Positions 9,572 to 18,685 of a stretch of 64,000 bases of DNA are shown piece after piece; position 1 is the first letter of the stretch, and the number at the start of each line of letters is the position of its first letter. The position numbers and the translations under genes were made by a program. The stretch is from assembly GCA_036339465.1 (NCBI GenBank), contig JAYZAY010000062.1:101707-165706 (forward strand). The letters run 5' to 3'. The stretch comes from Myxococcota bacterium. GTDB lineage: Bacteria; Myxococcota; XYA12-FULL-58-9; JABJBS01. The notes under the pieces were generated by a model. That model was given only the letters and a program-made list of their open reading frames with translations, was not told the origin of the DNA and did no database searches.

Positions 9572-10018
9572 TCAATCTACATAGCTACTCAGGACACCGA
9601 CTATTCCGGGAACGGCTGCCTCTACGTGTTGTATGCCGAAGGGTCTTAGTTTCTTATAAGTCTTCTTAATCACGATATTTTTCGCACTTTCTATTCGTTT
9701 ATCCGTGACTGAAATCAGCGCGTTGGCCAGGGCGGCTTGTTGCGGTAGCCAATGCTCTTTTAGGTTTGCACTTCTTGGCTGCGCCGTTCTGTAGCTTTGG
9801 TAGAAAGGTTCCATCGCCTGAATGAATTCATCGAGAAGCATGTTAACAGCATCGGTCACTATCTTTGGATTGATGGCCTGGAGTATCTTGACGCCGGTTT
9901 TGATTGCGGCTCCTGGAATCCCTTTCTTATGTGAGACTTCGGTTTCGACCAATCGAACGCAGTCCTTGACGAGATGGGTTCGCTGTTGTGAGCTCACAAT
10001 TTCAGTCAGTGTTTTCAT
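9572..10018 (-). CDS. Conserved helical hypothetical protein (DUF6918-like)
   Basis: Pattern DCVRLVETEV..KKGIPGAAIK...ALISVTD.R...KKTYKKLRP...HVEAAVP recalled from this family. Confidence 0.65.
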   Translation of the reverse strand: MKTLTEIVSSQQRTHLVKDCVRLVETEVSHKKGIPGAAIKTGVKILQAINPKIVTDAVNMLLDEFIQAMEPFYQSYRTAQPRSANLKEHWLPQQAALANALISVTDKRIESAKNIVIKKTYKKLRPFGIQHVEAAVPGIVGVLSSYVD

Positions 10019-10241
10019 GGTGGTTGCCGTTCCTTGTGCTGCGCTCTAGCCGGCTTCAGGCGGTGTCGAGATTCTTCTTCTATGGGCGAAGTTGACACGT
10101 TTTCTAGTAAATTCGTACCGAATAAAGCACTTTCCGATGATCCTGTAAGGACTAAGGGCGTCAAAACCTACGGATCTCTGAGGTTTGCACCCTCGGAACT
10201 TTGATAATTTTAGTCCAAGGCCCATTGCTGGGTCACAGAAC

Positions 10242-10340
10242 ATCTGCTACAAGTCGCCGCTCCACGAAGGCGGAAGTTGTAGGACGCAGAGGGCCACAAA
10301 GCGGATTTTCTAGTGGCTTCCCCAAAGCGTCGGTACAGAT
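10242..10340 (+). promoter_or_regulatory. Candidate structured 5' leader (three-way junction) ahead of the glt operon
   Basis: Nested complementary segments ATCTG/CAGAT, CTACAA/TTGTAG, CCGC/GCGG, GACGC/GCGTC and GCCAC/GTGGC, ending just before the GAGGAGG RBS. Confidence 0.3.
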
Positions 10341-10356
10341 TTTTCGAGGAGGCAAC

Positions 10357-11172
10357 GTGCGAGTTCTTACTATTTTAACATTCTTAGTGTGTTTCAGTAC
10401 CAGCTTATATGCCGCAGAACCCCCAGGGTATGAAGCAGATCCGTTTGATGATTACGCATTAACGGATGAATCTTTGATCTTGGATATTGAGTTTCCCACT
10501 GCTTACACGGGGGAGATAGGGGTTTTATTCAATTCCAGTATGATCGATGAATATTCTTCCCACCTTGGCGGGCTTGTCGACTTTACCTATTTCTATTACC
10601 CCACCTTGGCGGTCAATATCGGTTTTGGTTATGTCCATGGTTCGCTGACCCCTATCGTCACTGATCAGCAGGGCATTATCGGGAATAAGGTCCAAAAATG
10701 CATCGATGACAAGGTTGGTTGCGACGATGCGAGTTTGAAACCTTACGTTCCTCATTACAAACAGATTACCGGTTTTGCGAATGTTTCCGCCATATGGGCG
10801 CCCCTCTATGGAAAACTAAACTTGGTAAGCGAGTTGGATTTAAATCTGCAAGTTTACGTGCTTTTAGGAGCGGGTATTAACGGGACCCAGGAACAAGATG
10901 TCCAATACAATGACAATGTCCCCGAGCGCTATACTCTGTCAACCGAGGGAGGATTCTTCAATGAGCCCAAGCCGCATTTCACCTACGGTGGTGGTATCAA
11001 AGTCTTCATCTTGGATTGGATGGCACTTCGCACCGAGATTCGCGGAATTGGCTTTTTCGATACTTTTGACATGACCGCCCGAAGTTATGCTGAAAGCGAT
11101 GACAAAAATGCCGAGGCCTATTTTGCAGGGTACTATTTCGTGAACGCTGGGCTGAGTTTTACGCTTTTCTAG
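10357..11172 (+). CDS. Outer-membrane beta-barrel protein, GltA/GltB (NfsA/B) family; start revised to GTG 10357
   Basis: GAGGAGG RBS before the GTG; signal peptide; WAPLYGKLNL motif; C-terminal Phe; paralogue of the next gene; lies upstream of gltC. Confidence 0.8.
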   Translation: MRVLTILTFLVCFSTSLYAAEPPGYEADPFDDYALTDESLILDIEFPTAYTGEIGVLFNSSMIDEYSSHLGGLVDFTYFYYPTLAVNIGFGYVHGSLTPIVTDQQGIIGNKVQKCIDDKVGCDDASLKPYVPHYKQITGFANVSAIWAPLYGKLNLVSELDLNLQVYVLLGAGINGTQEQDVQYNDNVPERYTLSTEGGFFNEPKPHFTYGGGIKVFILDWMALRTEIRGIGFFDTFDMTARSYAESDDKNAEAYFAGYYFVNAGLSFTLF

Positions 11173-11206
11173 GTTGAATATAAGCAATTGAAATGAAGGT
11201 AGAGTA

Positions 11207-12064
11207 ATGAATCGAGTCATATTAACATCGTTAATGCTTCTTGTTGTACCACAGCTGGCCTATGGGCAGGTTGCGAGTTCGGAGGACGCTTCTCCCGCAC
11301 TTGAGACTGCCACCCTCAGTGAGGAAAACTCGGAGTCGGCATCCCAGGCACGTACGAAGTTTGCTGAGGATGAGTCCATCTATGTGGTGCAGGAACGCGC
11401 CTATTCCAAAAAGAAGAAGTTCGAGCTAACGCCCCTCTTTTTTACCGCTGTGAACCCTAAGTTTGTGGGGTACGTTGGTTTGTCGCTATCTGCGGCTTAC
11501 CACCTACGGGAGAATTTTAGTCTCGAACTAATGACGAGCTTGCCATATGCGGTTTTCCCCTTTTACTCTCCAATTGTTTATGATGTTTTCTATTATGAGG
11601 ATCTGACGCCGGAGCGCGTGGATCTAAAACAAATGACTCACTTTACTGGCCTTAGCGCTCAGTTCTCCGCGCTTTACGGTAAGTTCGAGTTTTATGGTGT
11701 TCTACTTGATTACGACCTCTATGCGACGGCAGGATTCGGAATCACCCTGACGAAAACACCGTGTACTGCAAAGATTGGAAGCTCCAACGCTTCTACCGGC
11801 GCAGGAGAAGGTGAGTGTGAAGTCACCGACCAAGAACGGCGGCAGCTGGGCTTTGGTTTGAAGACACCCGATGAGTTAGCCGATTACCTGAAGTTCTCAG
11901 CCCAGCTTGGTGGTGGTTTGAGGATGTTCTTCACCGAGCGCCTGGGGCTTCGGTTTGAAGTCAGAAACATCGTTTACGCCGACCGAGCGAATTATCAGGG
12001 TGCTGTTACCACAGATATTCGAAATATTATGCTGCTCTTTGTCGGTGCAACGGTTCTACTATAA
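11207..12064 (+). CDS. Outer-membrane beta-barrel protein, GltA/GltB (NfsA/B) family
   Basis: IYVVQERAYSKKKKFELTP...NPKF and ALYGKF motifs typical of myxobacterial Glt beta-barrels; signal peptide. Confidence 0.82.
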   Translation: MNRVILTSLMLLVVPQLAYGQVASSEDASPALETATLSEENSESASQARTKFAEDESIYVVQERAYSKKKKFELTPLFFTAVNPKFVGYVGLSLSAAYHLRENFSLELMTSLPYAVFPFYSPIVYDVFYYEDLTPERVDLKQMTHFTGLSAQFSALYGKFEFYGVLLDYDLYATAGFGITLTKTPCTAKIGSSNASTGAGEGECEVTDQERRQLGFGLKTPDELADYLKFSAQLGGGLRMFFTERLGLRFEVRNIVYADRANYQGAVTTDIRNIMLLFVGATVLL

Positions 12065-12070
12065 GGGGTA

Positions 12071-13567
12071 TTGAAAATGAGACGAATATTCCAATATGCA
12101 TTCATCCTTGCCGGTTTAGTTGTTACGCCTTTGAGCGCTGGCGCCGCCGATCTCGAATCGGCTCTCGAATTATATCAATCTGAAAATTATGTTGAAGCTG
12201 CCCCCGCGTTTTTTGAGGTGATGCGAAGAGACCCAAACAGCGATCGACGTGATCAAGCCGAAATTTATTTGGCAGATAGCTTGGCTAAGCTGAAGTTTTA
12301 TGGTGCCGCTTATGCTTACTACCAGGATATATACAAGGCGGGTCGCACCAACCGCTATTACCTAAATGCCGCAGAAGGCCTTTTAGATCTCCAAACCGAT
12401 CTCCATGACCGTATTTTTGTCCCTAATCTATTCAACGAGAAATTGGACACAAAAGGACTGGCGCAACTCGATCAGGACCGTATAGCTCAAGTGAACTATA
12501 TGCTCGGTGAACTGCATTATCGGCGAAACAAACTCCGGGATGCAGCGGCGTTTTTAGAGTATGTACCCACCGATAGCAATCTTTCGCCAAAGGCTAAATA
12601 CTTGGAAGGTCTGATTCAAGTGCGCAAGAACAGGCCTAAAAAAGCAAGGGAGATTTTTGAGGGTGTCATTAGCAGCGTCCCCGCAGACAGTGATTTTCGC
12701 GAAAAGCTCCGGGTCCGAAATGCCTCCCTTTTGGCCTTAGGGCGTCTCATGTATGGCGTCGCGAATTATGATGCCTCAAGTCATTATTATGGAGAGATTC
12801 CACGTGGGTCTCAATTCTGGTTTCAGTCCATGTATGAAAATGCCTGGTCTTATTACAAGCAAGAAAACTATGGCCGTGCCCTCGGGGAGCTTCACAGTAT
12901 TACTGCTCCTTATTTTGCGCGGCACCACATGCCAGAGGCATACGTGATTCAAGGAACAGCCTATTTTGTCGCTTGCCAGTGGGATAGGGTTCGCCGTTCG
13001 GTCGATATGTTCAAAACGACTTACTTTCCCATGCTTGAGGGTTTCAGTCGTTATATGAAAGAACGCAAAAAGCCCGATGCGTATTTTCTAGATGTGATCC
13101 ACGGGGGCACAGACTTGCTGGCTGGCGAATTGGCCAGCGAAGTTCGGAGAAGTCAGACTTTTAGGGATTATTACTATCACTTCAAACACCTCGAGTGGGA
13201 ACTCGCCGAGATAGCAACCAATGATATGTGGCGAGGTACCAAATTTGGCGATGACCTAACCGCTTGGGTTCAAAGCGAATTAGATGACCTGAAACAGGTG
13301 GTTGGTGTTTGGACCAAACGGCAATTGAGATTTCGTTTGAAGAACCTGAAGGCTTTTAAGGGCCAAATTGATATCTTGGATTTTGAAGTTACCGATGCCG
13401 AAGCCACTTGGCTTGAGCAGGGCCGTGAGATTCTAAAAGGCCGTCGTGCCCGGCTGCCTAGACCCGCCATTCCCAATGACCAGTGGCAGCACTGGCGCTT
13501 CAATAAGGAGTACTGGAAAGGCGAACTGGGATACTTTCAACATACAATTCGAAGCGAATGTGATTGA
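12071..13567 (+). CDS. gltC: Gliding motility TPR protein GltC (NfsC) homologue
   Basis: Periplasmic TPR protein; ENAWSYY...ALGELHSITAPYF and C-terminal WRFNKEYWKGELGYF...SEC signature. Confidence 0.85.
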   Translation: MKMRRIFQYAFILAGLVVTPLSAGAADLESALELYQSENYVEAAPAFFEVMRRDPNSDRRDQAEIYLADSLAKLKFYGAAYAYYQDIYKAGRTNRYYLNAAEGLLDLQTDLHDRIFVPNLFNEKLDTKGLAQLDQDRIAQVNYMLGELHYRRNKLRDAAAFLEYVPTDSNLSPKAKYLEGLIQVRKNRPKKAREIFEGVISSVPADSDFREKLRVRNASLLALGRLMYGVANYDASSHYYGEIPRGSQFWFQSMYENAWSYYKQENYGRALGELHSITAPYFARHHMPEAYVIQGTAYFVACQWDRVRRSVDMFKTTYFPMLEGFSRYMKERKKPDAYFLDVIHGGTDLLAGELASEVRRSQTFRDYYYHFKHLEWELAEIATNDMWRGTKFGDDLTAWVQSELDDLKQVVGVWTKRQLRFRLKNLKAFKGQIDILDFEVTDAEATWLEQGREILKGRRARLPRPAIPNDQWQHWRFNKEYWKGELGYFQHTIRSECD

Positions 13568-13634
13568 TATCCGATTTGGTTGAATCGTCCGCCGACGTTG
13601 CGATTGGTTCATGTCTACCCACAGGGGATAAAAA

Positions 13635-16600
13635 ATGCAGATTAAAAAGACTAATTTTGTTCTTTGCACGATGCTTGCCGCTACCTTTTCTTTTCCTACG
13701 GCTTCGTTGGGAAAGCCAACGGGGTTGAGGAAAACAGAAAGTTCTTTGGAAGAACAAAAAGCAGATGAGCGTAAAAGCCCTGCTAAATTCGACGTTAGTC
13801 TGCCAACTAAAGGGATGGATGTCCGAGCTGAACAAAAGCGGGATGAGGCCATAACCAAGCTAAAGAAATTGATGCCCAGTATCCCTGAAGGCCCCCAAAA
13901 GGCCGAGTTGAATTTTCGATTGGCGGAAAAATACTGGTCTAAATCTCGTTTTCAATATTTACAAGCAATGCAAGCTTGGGACAAGGCCCTCGAAGCTTGG
14001 GACAGCGCTGGTCGAAAATCTAAAGAGCCCAAGCTAAAGGGCATGGCCGAGTATAAACTCAGTCGTAAGTTCAAAGACGAAGCCCTGAAACTTTATAATA
14101 AGATTCGTAAAAGATACCCTCGGTACCCCCGCAAAGACGAAGTGTACTACAATCTCGGAAGTGCACTCTATGAATCCGGAAATAAGACGAAGGGTATCAA
14201 GATGTTTATCCGTCTCCTCAAGGAGCGACCCAAGTCAACCTTCGCACCGGACGCATGGCTACAACTTGGCGAGCACTATTTCAACACCACCGGCAAATTA
14301 ACAAAGGCGGTCAAAGCCTATAAAAACGCGGCGAAATCCCAAAAGCCTCGTATCTATTCCTATGCCCTCTATAAGTTAGCGTGGTGCGATTATAACCTCG
14401 GTGAGTATGCTGATTCCCTCAAGAAATTCCGCGAGGTTGTCGAGTATTCCTTGGGCAACACAGCACCCGCGAAATCCGGAAAAATGCAATCGAGGGACCG
14501 TATTCAACTTATCGAAGAAGCTCTTTCGGACATGATTCGAACATATTCCCATCTAGATGCAGTCGAAGACGCTTTCGATTATTACACCGATAAACTTGGT
14601 AAGGAGAAGGCTTACAGCTATTTGCGGAAACTTGGTAAACTCTACAATGCTGAGGGTAAGTCCCAAACCGAGATCGACTTGTATCGTGAACTAAATTCGC
14701 GCTACCCCAACCATCCGAAAGCGCCTTTCAACCATACCGCGGTGATGAATGCCTTTGCTAAGCTGGATCGAAAGGATGATGTTAGACGAGAAGTTCGGCG
14801 CATGATCGACCTATACGCCCCAGAGGCTTCTTGGGCAGCGGCAAATAATGCACAGCCACAGCTCCTAGAAGAGGCTTTCGAAATGGTAGAACAGGAACTG
14901 TCCGGTCTCGTTTCGGAGCAGCACAAGGAGGCACAACAAACAAAGTTGGTCGAGACGTATAAGTTGGCTCGAGATCTCTATAAGGAATATCTTGATAAGT
15001 TCACGACAGGGGTTAATGCCTATAAATTCCGATACCTCTACGCGGAAATTCTTGCGGACCTCAAACAGGTTCGGGAAGCCGCCGACCAGTACGACCTCGT
15101 GGCTGATGTCGAAGGTAAATTTAAGAAACAAGCGGCAATTAAATCGATATTTAATTGGGAAAAAGTAATTGCTGGGGTCAAGGAAACGAAATCCAAGAAA
15201 ATCGATTCCAACAAGAAAGCGCAAGAGCGGACGCGGATCAAAGGGCTGGAAAAGCGCAAAAAGCTTAAGAAGGGTATATCCTACGAACCTATTGAGTTAA
15301 CCAAAGATGAAATTATGCTTTCCAGCGCCTGTGACCGTTTCGTGAAGATTGCACCGGAAGATACCGACGTTGTTAAAATCAAGTTTGAGAGTGCCCAGCT
15401 TTATTACCTCAAGAACCACTTCGATGAAGCATCGAAACGATTTGGCGAGATTATCGACCGCTGGCCCAAGGATAAGCTGGCGAAAACTTCGGCTAAATCG
15501 ATAGTGGAGTCCTACAATGTCAGAGAAGATTGGACCCAACTCAATCTTTGGTCACGAAAATTTCAAGGGAATCCCCTACTTATGGCCGATAAAAGGTTCG
15601 CGAAGGCAATTAACGAATATGTGGAGGGAGCTTCTTTCCAGGAAATTCGTCTGGTGCTTGAGCCCAAGGCCGAAAGTGAGCAGGCCGGTGATCTCTATGT
15701 CCAATTTAGCAATGAGTTTCCGGAATCTCGCTTCACAATGATTGCCATCTTCAATGCCATGATGAATTACGACAAATCCAATAAATTGGAAAAGGCCTTG
15801 GCGCAAGGAACCAGAATCTTGGATGACTTTAAGAATTTCAAGATCAAGAAGGCGGATGTTGAAAAAAGTAAAAAGGACGGCTCCAGAATCACGCTTCCTG
15901 CGGAAATTCGGGAGAAAGCAATGTTTCTTCAGGCTGAATACTATGGTCGCTTAGCGGAGTTTTCCAAGTCGGCGAAACTCTATGAGACCTACTTTTTTGA
16001 ATTCAAGAAGGGTGACAAACGCTCCGACGCCATCTACAACGCTTCAGTTTACCGAGAAGGCTTGGGTGAGTATGTTAAATCGACGGCCAATTGGAAGCTG
16101 TATATGAAGCTCAATCCCAAGGCCGATGACATTCCCAAGCTGACCTGGCGACTGGGCGAAATTCTCGTCAAGAAGCGCGACTTTAAAGCGGCTCAGGACT
16201 ATTTTTACAAGCTGTCAAAAAGCCTCGCGAAAGCAAAAAATTATGAACGTTCTCTCTGTGCGACCTACAAGGTGATGGAAAATCTTATCAAACAGGGGAA
16301 AAAGAAAGACGCTGAGGGTTACTTTAAAACCATTGCCGAGACTTACGAGAAACTCGACGCAGACGAAAAGAAAGCTCCATGTGCTCTGGATGCGGTCGCT
16401 TATGTCTCTTTTGAGCAGCTCGAACCGAGGTTTACGACATACAAGGCGATCAGTTTAAATACGACCAACCAGCGAACCCTGGGGAAAAACCTCGAAACCA
16501 AACTTGCCCAAGTACCCGAGTTGGAAGCGGAGTACACGAAGGTCCTGGCGATCGGGCAAGGGGATTTCGGGATCGCCTCGCTGTATCGGATCGGTGTGGT

Positions 16601-16907
16601 TTACCAAAATATGTCCGACGAGCTTTTGGGCTCGCCCTGCCCACCCAATCTAACCGATGATCAGTGCGGGATGTATCAAGCTGCTCTACAGGAAAAGGCC
16701 TTTCCATTAGAAAATAAAGCCATCGAGGCCTACGACAAAACACTGGCGAAAGCCTATGAACTTGGTCTCTATAATGATTGGCTCGTGAAAGCTCAAGATG
16801 CCTTAGCTGTCTACGAACCGGGTCGTTTTCCTGATATGCATGAGTATCCCCTTATTCCGAGCGAGCTTACTCAAGAGGCACCGAAGGTTGCGGAGGCATT
16901 GAAATAA
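13635..16907 (+). CDS. gltD: Large TPR protein GltD/AgmU (NfsD) homologue
   Basis: 1090 aa TPR protein; FRLAEKYW and YKLAWCDYN motifs; C-terminal PCPPNL...Y...L..KAFPLENKAIEAY...A.ELGLYNDW signature. Confidence 0.85.
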   Translation: MQIKKTNFVLCTMLAATFSFPTASLGKPTGLRKTESSLEEQKADERKSPAKFDVSLPTKGMDVRAEQKRDEAITKLKKLMPSIPEGPQKAELNFRLAEKYWSKSRFQYLQAMQAWDKALEAWDSAGRKSKEPKLKGMAEYKLSRKFKDEALKLYNKIRKRYPRYPRKDEVYYNLGSALYESGNKTKGIKMFIRLLKERPKSTFAPDAWLQLGEHYFNTTGKLTKAVKAYKNAAKSQKPRIYSYALYKLAWCDYNLGEYADSLKKFREVVEYSLGNTAPAKSGKMQSRDRIQLIEEALSDMIRTYSHLDAVEDAFDYYTDKLGKEKAYSYLRKLGKLYNAEGKSQTEIDLYRELNSRYPNHPKAPFNHTAVMNAFAKLDRKDDVRREVRRMIDLYAPEASWAAANNAQPQLLEEAFEMVEQELSGLVSEQHKEAQQTKLVETYKLARDLYKEYLDKFTTGVNAYKFRYLYAEILADLKQVREAADQYDLVADVEGKFKKQAAIKSIFNWEKVIAGVKETKSKKIDSNKKAQERTRIKGLEKRKKLKKGISYEPIELTKDEIMLSSACDRFVKIAPEDTDVVKIKFESAQLYYLKNHFDEASKRFGEIIDRWPKDKLAKTSAKSIVESYNVREDWTQLNLWSRKFQGNPLLMADKRFAKAINEYVEGASFQEIRLVLEPKAESEQAGDLYVQFSNEFPESRFTMIAIFNAMMNYDKSNKLEKALAQGTRILDDFKNFKIKKADVEKSKKDGSRITLPAEIREKAMFLQAEYYGRLAEFSKSAKLYETYFFEFKKGDKRSDAIYNASVYREGLGEYVKSTANWKLYMKLNPKADDIPKLTWRLGEILVKKRDFKAAQDYFYKLSKSLAKAKNYERSLCATYKVMENLIKQGKKKDAEGYFKTIAETYEKLDADEKKAPCALDAVAYVSFEQLEPRFTTYKAISLNTTNQRTLGKNLETKLAQVPELEAEYTKVLAIGQGDFGIASLYRIGVVYQNMSDELLGSPCPPNLTDDQCGMYQAALQEKAFPLENKAIEAYDKTLAKAYELGLYNDWLVKAQDALAVYEPGRFPDMHEYPLIPSELTQEAPKVAEALK

Positions 16908-18163
16908 TGAATTTAAAGAAACTTAAATTACTAGCGGTCACAAGCTGCCTGTTCATTGGCATGGGCTGTGCGTCTAGTGGTAGCGATAAAATTCGACTGG
17001 CGGATCTTTCAGAGAATGCCACGCCTGCAGAAATTGCATTCCACTACGGAATGCGGGCTTATATCGAAGATGATTATGAGGAGGCCGGAAAGTATTTTCG
17101 GGAGGCCACGGCTCTGGATTCGTCGGCAAGTGGCGCTGAAGTGAATCTTGCCATCACACTCGAGCGGACAGGGAAATGGGATGAGGCGGCCTCTGTTTAT
17201 CGTAAGGTATTTAACCGCGATTCAAGGAGTGTTGCTGCCGCCCTAAACGTCGCCCGAACCCTTGTCCAAGTTAAGAGATATGGGGCAGCAAGCGAAGTAC
17301 TGAAGAAATGTTTGGAGCACCAGCCTGAGGAAGCTGCCCTACTGAACGCTCTTACGGAATCTCTACGGCACCAAAAGAAGTATCCTGAAGCAATCGAGGC
17401 TGCACGTAGAGTTCTTTTAAGAGATCAGGACAATGTGAGAGCCATCAAGAATATTGGACTCATCTATATGGACGAAGGTAAACTGACATTGTCGGCAACG
17501 TTTTTTCACAATGCACAAAAGCTCTTGAAGAAAAAAGACCCGAGTATCGTCGTGAGTCTTGGTCTTATGGCTGCGAGGCGGGGCGACCTTCAAAGGGCGC
17601 TATTTCATTTTGAGCAAGCCCTTAATCTTGATCCCACAAATGGTGCGGCTCACTCCAATATCGGTGCTATTTCGCTTAAACACCGAGACTATAAGCGCGC
17701 GGAGCAGGCATATTTGAAATCTGTGGAAGCTGGGTTAGGCGGGAGCTGCGACATCATGGCAGCACTAGGCTACTCCCTAGAAGGGCAACAACGCGGTGAA
17801 GAGGCCATCAAACAACTGCAAACGGCCTATGAGCGCTGTCCCAACGAGACCAAACTACTTTGGAGCATGGGCAATATTTGCATGGCACAGCTACGCGATA
17901 ATGAATGTGCTCTCGAGAAATTCGAGGCTTTCGTTAAGAATACACCCAATTTACCGGGGGACCATCCCGTACACGTAACGATCTCGGGTGTGCGTGAAAG
18001 CATGGCTGCTGATGACCCTAATCAGGAAAGTGCTCCACCACCTTCAGAGGAACCAAGTTCGCCTGATGATACCTCATCCGAAGATGCTTCGGCCAACAGA
18101 GGCTATGACCCAGAGAAAGCCTCTCGGAATCAGGTTCCTCAAGCCAAACTCAGTGCTGGCTAG
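16907..18163 (+). CDS. gltE: TPR lipoprotein GltE/AglT (NfsE) homologue
   Basis: Lipobox GMGC; multiple TPRs; start overlaps the gltD stop (TAATG); position between gltD and gltF. Confidence 0.78.
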   Translation: MNLKKLKLLAVTSCLFIGMGCASSGSDKIRLADLSENATPAEIAFHYGMRAYIEDDYEEAGKYFREATALDSSASGAEVNLAITLERTGKWDEAASVYRKVFNRDSRSVAAALNVARTLVQVKRYGAASEVLKKCLEHQPEEAALLNALTESLRHQKKYPEAIEAARRVLLRDQDNVRAIKNIGLIYMDEGKLTLSATFFHNAQKLLKKKDPSIVVSLGLMAARRGDLQRALFHFEQALNLDPTNGAAHSNIGAISLKHRDYKRAEQAYLKSVEAGLGGSCDIMAALGYSLEGQQRGEEAIKQLQTAYERCPNETKLLWSMGNICMAQLRDNECALEKFEAFVKNTPNLPGDHPVHVTISGVRESMAADDPNQESAPPPSEEPSSPDDTSSEDASANRGYDPEKASRNQVPQAKLSAG

Positions 18164-18318
18164 GTGGTAGCGTTGGTTAAAAAGAACCCGGAGGTCTTAG
18201 AAAAAATGAGAAGTGAGTGTCGTCATGAATGTAGGTTTATGGGTGGATCACGGTTGACAGATGGGCCCGTGCCCATTTTACTTTGCTCGCTAGGAACATA
18301 GAGTCGGAGGACTAGACA

Positions 18319-18588
18319 ATGAGCAGAAAATTAGTTTGTTCGGTGCTTTCAACGTTAATGGCAGTCGCACTTTTCTTGGGAACCGCGTCGTTTGCCAGCG
18401 CTCAAGATCGCGAGGTGTTTAAGAAAAGAACCGTCATCGATCTGTCCGCAGCCGTCATTGAAGGGGACCTTACCCGTCCTGAGGGCTCCTACATTGTAAA
18501 CCGAAAACTTAGTAGATTTTCCCAGCTTATCCAGGAGCGCAAGGATTTCTTGGATGAACTGATGATGTTGTCCCATAACGACCTGTAG
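18319..18588 (+). CDS. gltF: Small secreted protein GltF/CglF (NfsF) homologue
   Basis: GGAGG RBS; signal peptide; KKRTVIDLS...IEGDLTRPEGSY...FSQLIQERKDFLDEL signature. Confidence 0.88.
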   Translation: MSRKLVCSVLSTLMAVALFLGTASFASAQDREVFKKRTVIDLSAAVIEGDLTRPEGSYIVNRKLSRFSQLIQERKDFLDELMMLSHNDL

Positions 18589-18685
18589 TCAATGTTGGGT
18601 TTGGGGACGAATTACAATTGAGCGAAACAGTCTCTATGACCACTGGCCTTTGCCCGAGACAGTGTCATGACATGAGGAAGTCGGA

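Noticed and set aside
10201..10356. N-terminal extension of the 10201..11172 ORF
   Set aside because: A strong RBS and a signal peptide begin at GTG 10357, so the upstream part is more likely leader sequence.
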